Virus record (IMG/VR): IMGVR_UViG_3300050821_003619
Location: 45,251 to 109,250 of that record
Length of the DNA stretch: 64,000 bases
Direction: 5' to 3' (one strand)
Source: a virus
In this document: positions 63,376-64,000 of the stretch, piece after piece
How positions within the stretch are numbered: the first letter of the stretch is position 1
Layout of the letters: each line of letters begins with the position of its first letter
Notes under the pieces: generated by a model
The model's database searches: none
What the model was told of the DNA's origin: nothing
The model's input: the letters and a program-made list of their open reading frames with translations, nothing else
Program-made: the position numbers and the translations under genes

Positions 63376-64000
63376 TGTTGCTACCCTCCGTTTTACCTTT
63401 TAAGCTCTCCAACACTGGATTAAGAGCCGGTGTACCGTTGTTTTTATTCATTTCAGAAGCGCGGTAGTAGTTGTTTCTAAATTCTTCTTGCTCTTCTGTC
63501 GATGGCAGAGGCTTCTCTATGCCTCTAACGTCTTGAATACGTACCAAACGCAGGCCTGCTTCACTATACTCATAGTTCACACCTAGCTTACGGCACATTT
63601 GACGTATTTTCTGCTCATCCATCGGGAACAATTCTGAGTTATAGTCACCGTAGAACACTCTATCGCCGGGATTAACTATGTCGGATAGAGCAGTTTTGAC
63701 TCCACCCATGACAACGAACTGACCTACGGCCAAAACTATGCCATTATTGGTGTGTTGTCTGTATTGTTGAGGAATAATGAACTTAGTTTTTTTGTTTCTA
63801 ACTGATCCGTCTTCTAAAATCTCTTCATCTTCGTTAGTAGAAACACGCATCACTAGAATTCTATCCAGAATTGGACTCATTGGAGAGTACGTACGGTCTG
63901 GAAATTCTTTGGTCTCTGCCTCTGCTACCTTGGCTTCGTCAAAAATGTTATCTAAATAATTGTGTCTCTTGTCAATTACCTTAAGAGATGGCTCTTCTGG
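63368..64000 (-). CDS. GroES/Cpn10-like co-chaperonin with extensions (5' end beyond window)
   Basis: PILDRILV.RV, FIIP, GIVLAVG, VNPGDRVFY..Y, RLVRIQDV.G; frame stays open from base 64000. Confidence 0.8.
   Translation of the reverse strand, partial: PEEPSLKVIDKRHNYLDNIFDEAKVAEAETKEFPDRTYSPMSPILDRILVMRVSTNEDEEILEDGSVRNKKTKFIIPQQYRQHTNNGIVLAVGQFVVMGGVKTALSDIVNPGDRVFYGDYNSELFPMDEQKIRQMCRKLGVNYEYSEAGLRLVRIQDVRGIEKPLPSTEEQEEFRNNYYRASEMNKNNGTPALNPVLESLKGKTEGSNNE

Noticed and set aside
22240-64000. Numerous short + strand ORFs opposite the - arm, and short - strand ORFs opposite the + arm
   Set aside because: Antisense shadows of long, SD-supported genes with no motifs of their own

Overview
64 kb segment of a dsDNA tailed bacteriophage genome. 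A podovirus-like build is inferred from the nozzle/adaptor and ejection-type genes. Two convergent arms meet at a bidirectional terminator (~21.83-21.89 kb). The + arm (1-21830) holds replication/recombination and accessory genes: PD-(D/E)XK nuclease, SSB-like protein, SF2 helicase, T7 gp4/Twinkle-type primase-helicase, RuvC-like resolvase, RecA, HD hydrolase, HNH endonucleases, two putative peptidoglycan hydrolases and many small secreted or membrane proteins. The - arm (64000-21887) holds GroES-like, adaptor, tail fibre/appendage, nozzle and ejection/polyvalent proteins, a 10-gene glycosylation cluster (gmd, fcl, GT10, GT17, GT2, four GT31-like, cytidylyltransferase), holin/spanin-like genes, metallophosphoesterase, dNMP kinase and a lipoprotein serine protease. 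No terminase, portal, major capsid or DNA polymerase gene was recognised here. Three highlights: (1) a circularly permuted (two-piece) tmRNA gene at ~3607-3996 with a 26-codon tag ending VAA and a large structured intervening segment; (2) two unannotated secreted Cys-peptides (21887-22198) whose DG(G/S)-P-x-P-L-C motif recurs at the C-terminus of a secreted beta-propeller/lectin-like protein, with a lipoprotein trypsin-like protease two genes upstream; (3) a de novo GDP-fucose plus multi-glycosyltransferase locus embedded among Ser/Thr-rich virion genes, suggesting virion glycosylation. All family assignments come from motif recognition by eye; no searches were run.
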